DNA from: an uncultured Flavobacteriaceae bacterium
Lineage (GTDB): Bacteria; Bacteroidota; Bacteroidia; Flavobacteriales; Flavobacteriaceae
Assembly (NCBI GenBank): GCA_964617385.1
Contig: CAZTYX010000001.1
Coordinates: forward strand, 1-47,576
Direction of reading: 5' to 3'
Length of the DNA stretch: 47,576 nt
Numbering within the stretch: position 1 is the stretch's first letter; each line of letters opens with the position of its first letter. Positions 8,389-17,229 of this stretch are shown piece after piece. The translations under genes were made by a program, and so were the position numbers. Below the pieces are notes generated by a model. It made no database searches. It was not told the origin of the DNA and worked only from the letters and a program-made list of their open reading frames with translations.

Positions 8389-11300
8389 ATGTTTTTACGT
8401 CGTTCTTGTTTTGTTGCATTGCTAATGATCTTTGTAAGCTGCAACACCCCATCTTCAGAAAATGAGCCCCTGTTTCGTGCCCTTACTCCCGAACAAAGTG
8501 GTATCACCTTTGAAAACACTTTACTAGAAGGCCCCAATACCAATGTGCTGGTTTACGAATATTTTTATAATGGTGGTGGAGTGGCCGTAGCCGATTTTGA
8601 TGGTGATGGATGGGAAGACCTCTATTTTACCGCCAATATGGGAGACAACAAAATGTATTTAAACCAAGGCGGACTTTCCTTTAAAGATGTTACAGAAGTG
8701 TCTCAAACAGCGGGCCGAAAAGGCCCATGGAAAACCGGTGTAACCACTGTAGATATAAATGGAGACAACCGCATGGATATTTATGTTTGCTACTCAGGAA
8801 TGCTGCCCGAAAACAAACGCAGAAACCAATTGTTCTTGAACATGGGGAACAATGAAAACGGTATTCCCACTTTTATTGATGCTGCCAAACTCTATGGCAT
8901 TGACGCGTCAGGATACAGCAACCAAGGGTTCTTTTTTGATTATGATCAAGACAATGATTTGGATTTGTTGCTGATGAATCACAATCCCAATTCCCTTCCC
9001 GTTTTGAATGAAGCACGATCAAAACAACTGCTGAAAATTGACGATTCTAACGCTGGACTTCGACTCTTTAAACAAGAAAATAATCGCTTTGTGGACGTAA
9101 CCCAAAGTGTAGGTTTGGTGGGATCGGGCTTGTCTTATGGATTGGGCATTGCCCTTGCCGATTATAACAAAGACGGCTGGATCGATTTTTATCTCTGTAA
9201 TGATTATACCGTACCCGATTATCTATACCTTAATAAACAAGGGCATTTTGAAAATGCACTTCAAAAAAGTATGGCGCACACCAGTCATTTTTCAATGGGC
9301 AATGATGCTGGAGACATCAATAACGACGGTTGGATTGATCTGATTACGCTTGACATGCTGCCAGAAGACAACAAAAGACAAAAATTACTTCGTGCGCCCG
9401 ATAATTACAATCAATATGATTTAAATTTAAAAAGCGGATTTCATCATCAAATTATGCGAAACATGGTGCAACTAAACAACGGCAATGGCACCTTTAGCGA
9501 AATTGGACAATTGATGGGCGTTTCCAACACGGACTGGAGTTGGGCACCCCTCTTGGCGGATTTTGATAATGATGGATGGAACGATTTGATGATCACCAAT
9601 GGCTATCGAAGAGATTATACCAACCGTGATTTTCTAAATTATATGGACACCTTTATTGCTGATAAAAAAAGTGCGCTGAGTCGAGAAGATGTAGTAGACA
9701 TCATCAAAGAGATGCCCGCTTCCAATGTGAGTAATTACATTTTTAAAAACGTTAAGGGATCTTATTTTGAAAATAAAACCAACGAATGGGGGCTACAAGA
9801 ACAGCGCAACAGCAATGGAGCTGCCTATGCTGATTTTGATAAAGATGGCGATTTAGACCTCGTCATCAACCACATTGACCAACCCGCAACGGTATATGAA
9901 AACCAAGGCATTTCCACAAATCATTATGTAACCATAGAACTCAATGGAGATGGAAAAAACAAACAAGCCCTAGGTGCAGAAATTAGTTTATTTGCTACTA
10001 AAACCCAACAAACAAAAACCCATTTGCCGGCCAGAGGCTATCTTTCTACCGTGAGCCAACGTACCCATTTTGGATTGGGTAGCGCCACTCAAATTGATTC
10101 TATTATAGTGCAGTGGCCCCATGGAAAAACAACGGTACACTACGATTTAAATTCTGATCGCTTGATTGCTCTAAGCCCCGAAAGTGCGGTTTCCCATCAA
10201 GAGCAAAAAAAGATTCAACCCTTGTTGGAAAAAGTTACCTCATCTTTATCACATACCATTATCCCTCCTAGCGTTTTAGACTTTGATAGGCAACCCCTCC
10301 TCCATTATCAACCCTCATTTGAAGGCCCCAAAATGATTGCTACTGATGTAAATAATGATGGATTAGAAGATATTTTGATTGGAGGAAGTCAAAATCTAGC
10401 CTCAACGCTATGGATACAAAATAAACAAGGTGATTTTATTCAAAAACCACAACCTGCATTCAAAAAAGATCAAGGAAAAGTAACCACCGATATAACCCTT
10501 TTTGATGCCGATGCAGATGGTGATTTAGATGTATTTGCCGCTCATGGAGGCTATCATTTACTTAAGGAAAATGATTCTCAACTACAAGACCAATTGTATT
10601 TAAACGATGGAAACGGTACTTTTTTACCCACCAATGGGCTTCCTGAAGATCAAATGGTGACGGCTGCAACCGCTACAGCCGATTTTAATGGAGATGGACT
10701 GCCAGATGTTTTCCTAGCCGGAGGCATCATCCCGGGAAAATACCCCAAACGGTATGCAAATAAAGTATTAATCAATCAAGGGAAAGCACTATTTAAAGCT
10801 CATAAATCATGGAACACCAAAGGCATAAACGATCACCCAGGCATTATTCGCGATGTGATTACAGATGATTTTAATGCCGATGGAAAACCCGATCTTTTAG
10901 TCGTTGGTGAGTGGATGGAACCACTTTTATGGATTAATAATGAAGAACATTTTGTGTTAGATACCACAGGAATTATTTCCAATACTACTCCGCTATTCGG
11001 GTGGTGGAATACCATTCAAAAAGCAGATCTAAATGGTGATGGAAAAACAGACTATGTACTAGGCAATGAAGGGCTAAATACACAATATCAAGCTTCTGCA
11101 AAAGAGCCCATCACCTTACAATTTGATGATTTTGATAAAAATGGAACACTAGACCCTATCTTATCATGCTATGTGCAAGGCGTTTCCTATCCCACAGCTA
11201 CACGAGATGAGTTGCTCGCCCAATGGGTGGAATTAAAATCGGTTTACACCTCCTATGAAGCTTTTTCTCAGGCAACATCCGATGACCTTTTGCCGCCTCA

Positions 11301-11697
11301 AAAAAATAAAACGGCTCAAAAATGGAAAGCGAATGAAATGCGATCTATGATTTTAATGCATGAAAAGGGTCGGTGGGTACCCAAACCACTGCCTCAAGAA
11401 AGTCAATTCAGCCCCGTTCGAACTATACTGGCCAAAGACATTGATGGTGATGGCCACCAAGATTTGGTTTTGGCCGGAAACAGAATGCATATGGCGCTAA
11501 AATTTGGCCGATCGGATGCGCTAATAGGTTCTGTTTTAAAGGGCGACGGTGCAGGAAATCTGTCACCTATTTCCCCTTTAGAACATGGATTAAACCTTCC
11601 TTTTGAAACTACTTCAGCAGTACAAATCCATAATCAAATCCATTTTTTGACAGCAGAAAATGGCATTATTACCTATCAAAAAACAACCCAAAAATGA
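8389..11697 (+). CDS. FG-GAP/VCBS repeat plus UnbV-ASPIC domain lipoprotein (CRTAC1-like), two propeller halves
   Basis: I start the gene at the ATG at 8389 (MFLRRSCFVALLMIFVSC, lipobox) rather than the track's GTG at 8323, which lies inside the terminator stem. There are seven DxDxDG-like loops (for example DFDGDGWEDLY, DYNKDGWIDFY, DFDKDGDLDLV), then an UnbV-ASPIC-like segment (HFGLGSATQIDSIIVQWPHGKT), then seven more loops. Confidence 0.85.
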   Translation: MFLRRSCFVALLMIFVSCNTPSSENEPLFRALTPEQSGITFENTLLEGPNTNVLVYEYFYNGGGVAVADFDGDGWEDLYFTANMGDNKMYLNQGGLSFKDVTEVSQTAGRKGPWKTGVTTVDINGDNRMDIYVCYSGMLPENKRRNQLFLNMGNNENGIPTFIDAAKLYGIDASGYSNQGFFFDYDQDNDLDLLLMNHNPNSLPVLNEARSKQLLKIDDSNAGLRLFKQENNRFVDVTQSVGLVGSGLSYGLGIALADYNKDGWIDFYLCNDYTVPDYLYLNKQGHFENALQKSMAHTSHFSMGNDAGDINNDGWIDLITLDMLPEDNKRQKLLRAPDNYNQYDLNLKSGFHHQIMRNMVQLNNGNGTFSEIGQLMGVSNTDWSWAPLLADFDNDGWNDLMITNGYRRDYTNRDFLNYMDTFIADKKSALSREDVVDIIKEMPASNVSNYIFKNVKGSYFENKTNEWGLQEQRNSNGAAYADFDKDGDLDLVINHIDQPATVYENQGISTNHYVTIELNGDGKNKQALGAEISLFATKTQQTKTHLPARGYLSTVSQRTHFGLGSATQIDSIIVQWPHGKTTVHYDLNSDRLIALSPESAVSHQEQKKIQPLLEKVTSSLSHTIIPPSVLDFDRQPLLHYQPSFEGPKMIATDVNNDGLEDILIGGSQNLASTLWIQNKQGDFIQKPQPAFKKDQGKVTTDITLFDADADGDLDVFAAHGGYHLLKENDSQLQDQLYLNDGNGTFLPTNGLPEDQMVTAATATADFNGDGLPDVFLAGGIIPGKYPKRYANKVLINQGKALFKAHKSWNTKGINDHPGIIRDVITDDFNADGKPDLLVVGEWMEPLLWINNEEHFVLDTTGIISNTTPLFGWWNTIQKADLNGDGKTDYVLGNEGLNTQYQASAKEPITLQFDDFDKNGTLDPILSCYVQGVSYPTATRDELLAQWVELKSVYTSYEAFSQATSDDLLPPQKNKTAQKWKANEMRSMILMHEKGRWVPKPLPQESQFSPVRTILAKDIDGDGHQDLVLAGNRMHMALKFGRSDALIGSVLKGDGAGNLSPISPLEHGLNLPFETTSAVQIHNQIHFLTAENGIITYQKTTQK

Positions 11698-13034
11698 AGA
11701 CTCAAATCTTATTTCTAGGACGCATCATACTGATTGCATTATTGTTCCAGCAATGCTCAACTAAATTACCCCAGCAAATTCCCGATTATGAGGTGGCGGC
11801 CAAATGGGCCGACATGACTTTATATATCACGCAACACACCCCAGCGAATTCGCCCACATTTGCTTCACGGTGTTTAGGTTATTTGGGACTTACACAATAT
11901 GAAGCCGTAGTGCATGGCTTTACCGATCACCAATCGTTGGTGGGTCAATTGAACGGTTTGGAGGATTTACCAAAACCCGATCCAACAAAAAACTATGCAT
12001 GGCCGTTGGTTTTAAATAAAGCGCAAGCGGTAATGCTGCGTTCTATTTACCTGCAAACATCAGATGAGAATAAGCACAAAATTGATTCATTAGAAAAGCA
12101 TCTAGAAGCCATTCTTTCGCAAAATATAACAAGAGCTCAGAAAAAGGCCTCAAACGCTTTTGGAGAAGCTTTGGCCTCAGCGCTTTTTGAATGGTCAAAA
12201 ACAGATGGTGGACACCGCGGATACCTCCAGAATTTTGATCCCCAATATACCCACAAAGAATTTCCAGGTTCATGGAAACCACCCCTATTTGCGCAATCCT
12301 TTAGCCATCATCCTTTGCATCCCTATTGGGGAAAAAACAGAACCTTTGCACCCAAAAATAAAAATTTACCACTACCCCAATTTATTCCCTATGACACATT
12401 GCCCGGAAGTCCCTATTACGAACAATTTAATGCTGTATATCAAAAAGGAAACACCCTCACCCCCGCCGAAAAGAAAACAGCCATTTGGTGGAGCGATGAT
12501 CCTGATGTTACCTTTAGTCCAGGGGGACACCTCTATTATATCGCTAACCAATTGGTGCGTTCCCAACAGCCTGATTTAATAAACGCCACAAAAACGTTTG
12601 CCGCATTAGGTATGTCTATTGCTGATGCTTTTATCAATTGTTGGAAATGGAAATACCATTTTTTTTCAGAACGTCCTAACACCTTCATCCCAAAGTTTAT
12701 CGATCAAAAATGGGAATCTTTTTGGCCGGACCCGCCTTTTCCATCTTTTCCCTCAGGACATGCAATACAAGCAGCAGCTGGCAGCAGAGCCCTACTTTCA
12801 ATATATGATAACAACACAGCCTTTGTTGATAGCGCTCATGTGGGACGGCCTAGAGATTATGTGCGCAACACACCCTTTGAAAGAAGACCTTTTAAAACCC
12901 TTTGGGAGGTGGCGTTAGAAACCGCCGATTCTCGTTTTTATGGGGGTATTCATACTGCCCAAGACAATGAAGTGGGACTCATGCAAGGAAAAATAATTGC
13001 TGAAAATATCATTGGGTTGCAATGGGAAAAATAA
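11694..13034 (+). CDS. PAP2-superfamily / vanadium-dependent haloperoxidase-like lipoprotein
   Basis: 446-aa ORF. Its ATG overlaps the upstream stop (ATGA at 11694-11697). Signal ends LLFQQC. All three shared PAP2/V-haloperoxidase motifs are present: KYHFFSERP (Kx6RP), FPSGHA (PSGH) and SRFYGGIHTAQD (SRx5Hx3D). Confidence 0.8.
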   Translation: MKTQILFLGRIILIALLFQQCSTKLPQQIPDYEVAAKWADMTLYITQHTPANSPTFASRCLGYLGLTQYEAVVHGFTDHQSLVGQLNGLEDLPKPDPTKNYAWPLVLNKAQAVMLRSIYLQTSDENKHKIDSLEKHLEAILSQNITRAQKKASNAFGEALASALFEWSKTDGGHRGYLQNFDPQYTHKEFPGSWKPPLFAQSFSHHPLHPYWGKNRTFAPKNKNLPLPQFIPYDTLPGSPYYEQFNAVYQKGNTLTPAEKKTAIWWSDDPDVTFSPGGHLYYIANQLVRSQQPDLINATKTFAALGMSIADAFINCWKWKYHFFSERPNTFIPKFIDQKWESFWPDPPFPSFPSGHAIQAAAGSRALLSIYDNNTAFVDSAHVGRPRDYVRNTPFERRPFKTLWEVALETADSRFYGGIHTAQDNEVGLMQGKIIAENIIGLQWEK

Positions 13035-14707
13035 ATCAAATTTATTTATTCCTGTTAGGTTCTACCCTTCTGTGGGGGCAACAATTTACAGACATCACCC
13101 AAACCGCTGGAGTGGATCACCACTTTGAAGTTTTTGAGGGTATGTTTGGCGGTGGGGTGGCTGTGCTAGACTTTAACAACGATGGATTTGAAGATCTATA
13201 CCTCACAGGCGGGCTTCAAAACGATCAATTATTGCAAAATAATGGCAACGGTACCTTTACCAATCGTTTTAATAACAGTGGCCTCGAATTGTTAAATAAT
13301 TATGCTACACAAGGAGTAGTGGCAGCTGATTTTAACCGAGACGGCTGGAAAGACCTCTTCATTACCACCATCACCCAAAACAACTTGGATCAAAAAATTC
13401 CAAGGGCCCAAAATTTTATTTTTCTCAACCAAGGCGATGGCACTTTTCAAGACAAAAGCAGTGCCTTTAAAATTGATAAAGCAGCCACTTTCAGCACTGG
13501 AGCAGCAGTTGGCGATATTAACCTAGATGGTTATCCCGATCTATATGTGGGAAATTATTTTACTGAATATGAGGGGGGCTTAAAGGAAATTAGCGACGCA
13601 ACCATTGTTAATGCCGGAAAAACAGCCAAGGGATTTCTTTATGAAAACAAGAACGGTAAAAAATTTAGCAATGTTTACAGTAAATATGGTCTCAAACACA
13701 GAGGATTTAGTTTTGGTGGCATTTTTACCGACTTTGATAATGACGCCGATATAGATCTCTTAATTAATAATGATTTTGGGTATAAGGCGAAACCAAATTA
13801 TTTACTAGAAAATAAATTTCCCGAAAAACAATTTGACTATGTAGCCAAAGAAAAACAACTGGATTTACGCATCAATGCCATGGGTGCTGCCACGGCAGAC
13901 ATTAACAATGACGGATGGTTAGATTATTTCATCACCAACATACGTTTTAATATGATGATGGTGAGCCAGTCGGATTCACTCACTTATCAAAACCAACTTG
14001 AAGCCTTGGGTATGCAACATTTTGCAATCAGTTGGGGGGCCAATTTTGCTGATTTTGATCAAGATGGTGATGTGGATCTTTTTGTCTCCAATGGCGATCT
14101 CAATCCAAATTGCCAAGCCATGTATAATTTCTATTTTGAAAATACGGGTACTGGATTTATAGAAAAAAGTGGCGCTGTTGGACTTAAAGATTACGGCATT
14201 GGAAGAGGATCTGCTGTATTTGATTTAGAAAATGATGGTGACTTAGACCTTGTTGTCATTAACCAAGCACCCACCATGCCCTATGGCCCGCCATCCATCA
14301 CAAGAATATACAGAAACGATGTAACAAAAGGCAACTACCTAAAAATTAAACTCATAGGAAAGGCTGCAACGCCATCTGGCTTTGGTGCGCGGGTTAGACT
14401 TTATGCTAATGATTTGCATTTGCAACAGGAAATAGATGGCGGCAACTCGAGTCACCTCTCTCACAATTCTACCCTGGCCCATTTTGGTTTAGGTGCGCGC
14501 ACCATCGTTGATTCGCTTGTGGTAACCTGGCCAGGGGGGTATCAACAAAAGAAATATAACCTCCCCGTAAATCAATTGGTTACCATCATAGACGATCGGC
14601 CGTTTAAAAAACCATTTTTTAATTCCCAGATAATATGGATTATGGGTTTGGGACTGCTGCTTATATGTCTTTTGTTAGTTTATAATAAATTTAAAAATCG
14701 TGTGTAA
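13022..14707 (+). CDS. FG-GAP repeat plus UnbV-ASPIC protein (CRTAC1 family) with C-terminal transmembrane anchor
   Basis: 561-aa ORF overlapping the upstream gene by 13 nt. Signal peptide is LLGSTLLWGQQ. It has seven DxDxDG-like loops, an UnbV-ASPIC-like motif (HFGLGARTIVDSLVVTWPGGYQQ) and a hydrophobic C-terminal helix (IIWIMGLGLLLICLLLVY). Confidence 0.85.
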   Translation: MGKINQIYLFLLGSTLLWGQQFTDITQTAGVDHHFEVFEGMFGGGVAVLDFNNDGFEDLYLTGGLQNDQLLQNNGNGTFTNRFNNSGLELLNNYATQGVVAADFNRDGWKDLFITTITQNNLDQKIPRAQNFIFLNQGDGTFQDKSSAFKIDKAATFSTGAAVGDINLDGYPDLYVGNYFTEYEGGLKEISDATIVNAGKTAKGFLYENKNGKKFSNVYSKYGLKHRGFSFGGIFTDFDNDADIDLLINNDFGYKAKPNYLLENKFPEKQFDYVAKEKQLDLRINAMGAATADINNDGWLDYFITNIRFNMMMVSQSDSLTYQNQLEALGMQHFAISWGANFADFDQDGDVDLFVSNGDLNPNCQAMYNFYFENTGTGFIEKSGAVGLKDYGIGRGSAVFDLENDGDLDLVVINQAPTMPYGPPSITRIYRNDVTKGNYLKIKLIGKAATPSGFGARVRLYANDLHLQQEIDGGNSSHLSHNSTLAHFGLGARTIVDSLVVTWPGGYQQKKYNLPVNQLVTIIDDRPFKKPFFNSQIIWIMGLGLLLICLLLVYNKFKNRV

Positions 14708-14767
14708 ATTTATTTCAAATTCTGTTTTTTACTATCTTGTTGATGGTTTAACTGATTTGATGATAGA

Positions 14768-15973
14768 ATGAAAGCAACACGATTTAACAAAACCATCCCC
14801 CTTTTATTTCTTTTCTTTTTCCTTCAGTGCTCAAAAAATGAAGAAATAAACACCCCACTTTCTACCTTTAACCTTCGTACTGAAGTATATCCTGAAAACA
14901 CTGGAAACATTACGCCCGCTCCTGGTGTATATAAAGAGGGAATTATCAAAACTGTGTATGCTAGACCCGAACCCGGTTATATGTTTGATCATTGGGAGGG
15001 GATCATCAATGGCCTAGACAACCCGTGTGTGATTGCTTTTTATGTAGATCATGATATACGAGCTGTTTTTAAAAAAGACACCCTTTCTAAAAGAGTGGTG
15101 GCAGGTGGCAATGGCAAAGGAATTAACGAAGACCAATTTGACTATCCCACGGGTATTGCGCTGAATCAAGCGGGTGATATTTTTATCAGCGATATGCATA
15201 ACCATCGAATTCAAAAATGGAAACGCGGTGCCAACAAAGGAACTACTGTGGCAGGGGGTTATGGATTTGGATCGCATCCGGCACAGCTCGACACCCCCGG
15301 CAATATTGTTTTGGATAAAGAGGGATCCATTTATATAACCGACTCAGGCAATCACAGAATTCAGAAATGGAAAATGGGGGATGAAATTGGAGAAACCGTC
15401 ATTGGGCATAAGGGGGGCGGAAGTGGTTTGGATCAATTGGACACTCCCTTTGGTATTGCATTGGATGTAAACGGTGATATATATGTGAGTGAAATTAATA
15501 ATCACCGCGTAACCAAATGGAAATTTGGAGCCGCATCTGGTGAAGTGGTAGCTGGTGGAAATGGAGAAGGCAATGGCCCCAATCAATTGGCCTATCCATT
15601 GGGGATTTGTATAGATAACGAACAAAACCTTTACATTGCTGACAGTTATAACCACAGGATTCAGCTTTGGAAACCGGGTGCCAAAAAAGGGATTACATTA
15701 ATTGAAGGAAAAAAATTAGAAGATGGCTATCACTTTTTTAGCGGGGTGACATTAGCCAATAAAAATACTCTTATCATTTCTGATTATGATAAGAAAAACA
15801 TTCTCCGTTATCACTTAAACGAAAATTCTTTAGATACTTTAAGTTTCAATTCTTCTGATGTGTCACTGGGATTAAATCATCCCTATCAAGTGGCTGTAGA
15901 TGCACTTGGTGATTTAATCATTACCGATGCTAAAAACAATCGCATTCAAAAATGGAAACCCAAATCTAACTAA
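14768..15973 (+). CDS. NHL-repeat six-bladed beta-propeller lipoprotein with an N-terminal InlB-B-repeat-like domain
   Basis: 401-aa ORF with lipobox FFFLQC followed by SKNEE. The N-terminal segment YARPEPGYMFDHWEG resembles the bacterial B-repeat domain. Repeats NHRIQKWK, NHRIQKWK, NHRVTKWK, NHRIQLWK and NNRIQKWK are present. Confidence 0.85.
   Translation: MKATRFNKTIPLLFLFFFLQCSKNEEINTPLSTFNLRTEVYPENTGNITPAPGVYKEGIIKTVYARPEPGYMFDHWEGIINGLDNPCVIAFYVDHDIRAVFKKDTLSKRVVAGGNGKGINEDQFDYPTGIALNQAGDIFISDMHNHRIQKWKRGANKGTTVAGGYGFGSHPAQLDTPGNIVLDKEGSIYITDSGNHRIQKWKMGDEIGETVIGHKGGGSGLDQLDTPFGIALDVNGDIYVSEINNHRVTKWKFGAASGEVVAGGNGEGNGPNQLAYPLGICIDNEQNLYIADSYNHRIQLWKPGAKKGITLIEGKKLEDGYHFFSGVTLANKNTLIISDYDKKNILRYHLNENSLDTLSFNSSDVSLGLNHPYQVAVDALGDLIITDAKNNRIQKWKPKSN
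15200..15958 (+). repeat. Intragenic NHL repeat array (N-H/N-R-x-x-x-W-K cores)
   Basis: Cores lie at 15200-15223, 15350-15373, 15500-15523 and 15650-15673, which is an exact 150-nt period. A fifth core is at 15935-15958, after one degenerate blade. Confidence 0.8.
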
Positions 15974-16014
15974 ACATCTGGAAGTATTATTATAGAAAAA
16001 CGCTTGCCGAATTG

Positions 16015-17199
16015 TTAAGCGATAACACCCGATCCGAGCAATTCATTTTTTTGGTACCAAGCCACAAATTGCCCTGGTGTTACTGCTGATTGAGGGGTGT
16101 CAAAACACACAAAAAAACCTTCTTCAAGTGCCACCAACCGTGCCTTTTGGAGGGCTTGCCGATAACGTATGCGGGCTTCTACATCAAGGGTTTCACCTAT
16201 ACCTAAGCGTAGATCTTCGCGCACCCAATGCACGTCTTGTGGTGCTACTCGCAGCACGCTGCTAAACAAACCAGGGTGGTTTTTACCCTCACCTACATAA
16301 AGTATATTTTGTTTTACATCAGTATCCAAAACAAATAGGGGTTCGGGAGTGCCTCCAACAGCCAAGCCCTTACGCTGACCTACCGTAAAAAAATGGGCCC
16401 CGTTGTGGGTTCCCACTTCTACCCCATCTGCTGGTTCATACATAAGCTTTTGTGCTTGTTGCAGCAAGGGAGCGGTAACGATTGGTCGTTTTTTATATTT
16501 TTCAAGTTGATCTGAAATGGCAATAATGCGTCCCGCTTTGGGTTTTAATTGCTGTTGTAGAAAATCGGGCAAACGTACTTTTCCAACAAAACACAGGCCC
16601 TGAGAATCGCGTTTTTCAGCAGTAATAAGCCCTTGTTCTTTAGCCTTTTGACGCACTTCGCTTTTTTGTAAATGACCAATTGGAAAAAGGGCTTTGGCCA
16701 ATTGCTCTTGGGTGAGTTGACACAAAAAATAAGATTGATCCTTATTGGTGTCGGCACCTGAAAGCAGTCTATAGGTGTCTTTGGAATGGGAAGAAGAAAC
16801 GGTTTCTTTTTGACAGTAATGCCCTGTTGCCACAAAATCGGCTCCTAGGGAAAGGGCTATTTTGAGGAATACATCAAATTTAATTTCACGATTACAAAGT
16901 ACATCAGGGTTTGGGGTTCTGCCTCGTTCATATTCAGCAAACATATAGTCCACAATGCGCGCTTTATATTCTTTGCTTAAATCAACCGTTTGAAAAGGAA
17001 TGCCTAATTTTTCGGCCACCAACATGGCATCGTTGCTGTCTTCCAGCCAGGGACATTCACTAGAAATAGTAACCGATTCGTCATGCCAGTTTTTCATAAA
17101 CAAGCCTATCACTTCATAGCCTTGTTCCACCAACAAATGTGCTGCAACACTAGAATCAACTCCGCCAGAAAGCCCGACAACAACACGTTGCTTTTTCAT
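16015..17199 (-). CDS. mnmA: tRNA 2-thiouridine(34) synthase
   Basis: 394-aa ORF. PP-loop [15 protein letters not shown] is present, and the layout and length match MnmA. Confidence 0.93.
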   Translation of the reverse strand: MKKQRVVVGLSGGVDSSVAAHLLVEQGYEVIGLFMKNWHDESVTISSECPWLEDSNDAMLVAEKLGIPFQTVDLSKEYKARIVDYMFAEYERGRTPNPDVLCNREIKFDVFLKIALSLGADFVATGHYCQKETVSSSHSKDTYRLLSGADTNKDQSYFLCQLTQEQLAKALFPIGHLQKSEVRQKAKEQGLITAEKRDSQGLCFVGKVRLPDFLQQQLKPKAGRIIAISDQLEKYKKRPIVTAPLLQQAQKLMYEPADGVEVGTHNGAHFFTVGQRKGLAVGGTPEPLFVLDTDVKQNILYVGEGKNHPGLFSSVLRVAPQDVHWVREDLRLGIGETLDVEARIRYRQALQKARLVALEEGFFVCFDTPQSAVTPGQFVAWYQKNELLGSGVIA

Positions 17200-17203
17200 A
17201 TGG

Positions 17204-17211
17204 CAAAAATA
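17204..17211 (-). promoter_or_regulatory. Candidate Bacteroidota -7 box (TATTTTTG) 4 nt upstream of the mnmA ATG
   Basis: Minus strand reads GTATTTTTG-CCAT-ATG, which matches TAnnTTTG. mnmA could instead be read through from yidC, whose stop is 30 nt upstream. Confidence 0.35.
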
Positions 17212-17229
17212 CAGAACTCTTCGTAAATA

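Noticed and set aside
12160-12579. 139-aa same-strand alternate-frame ORF inside the PAP2-like gene
   Set aside because: The annotated frame is well supported and its PAP2 motifs lie just downstream in the same continuous ORF. The alternate frame has no motifs and is probably a chance open frame.
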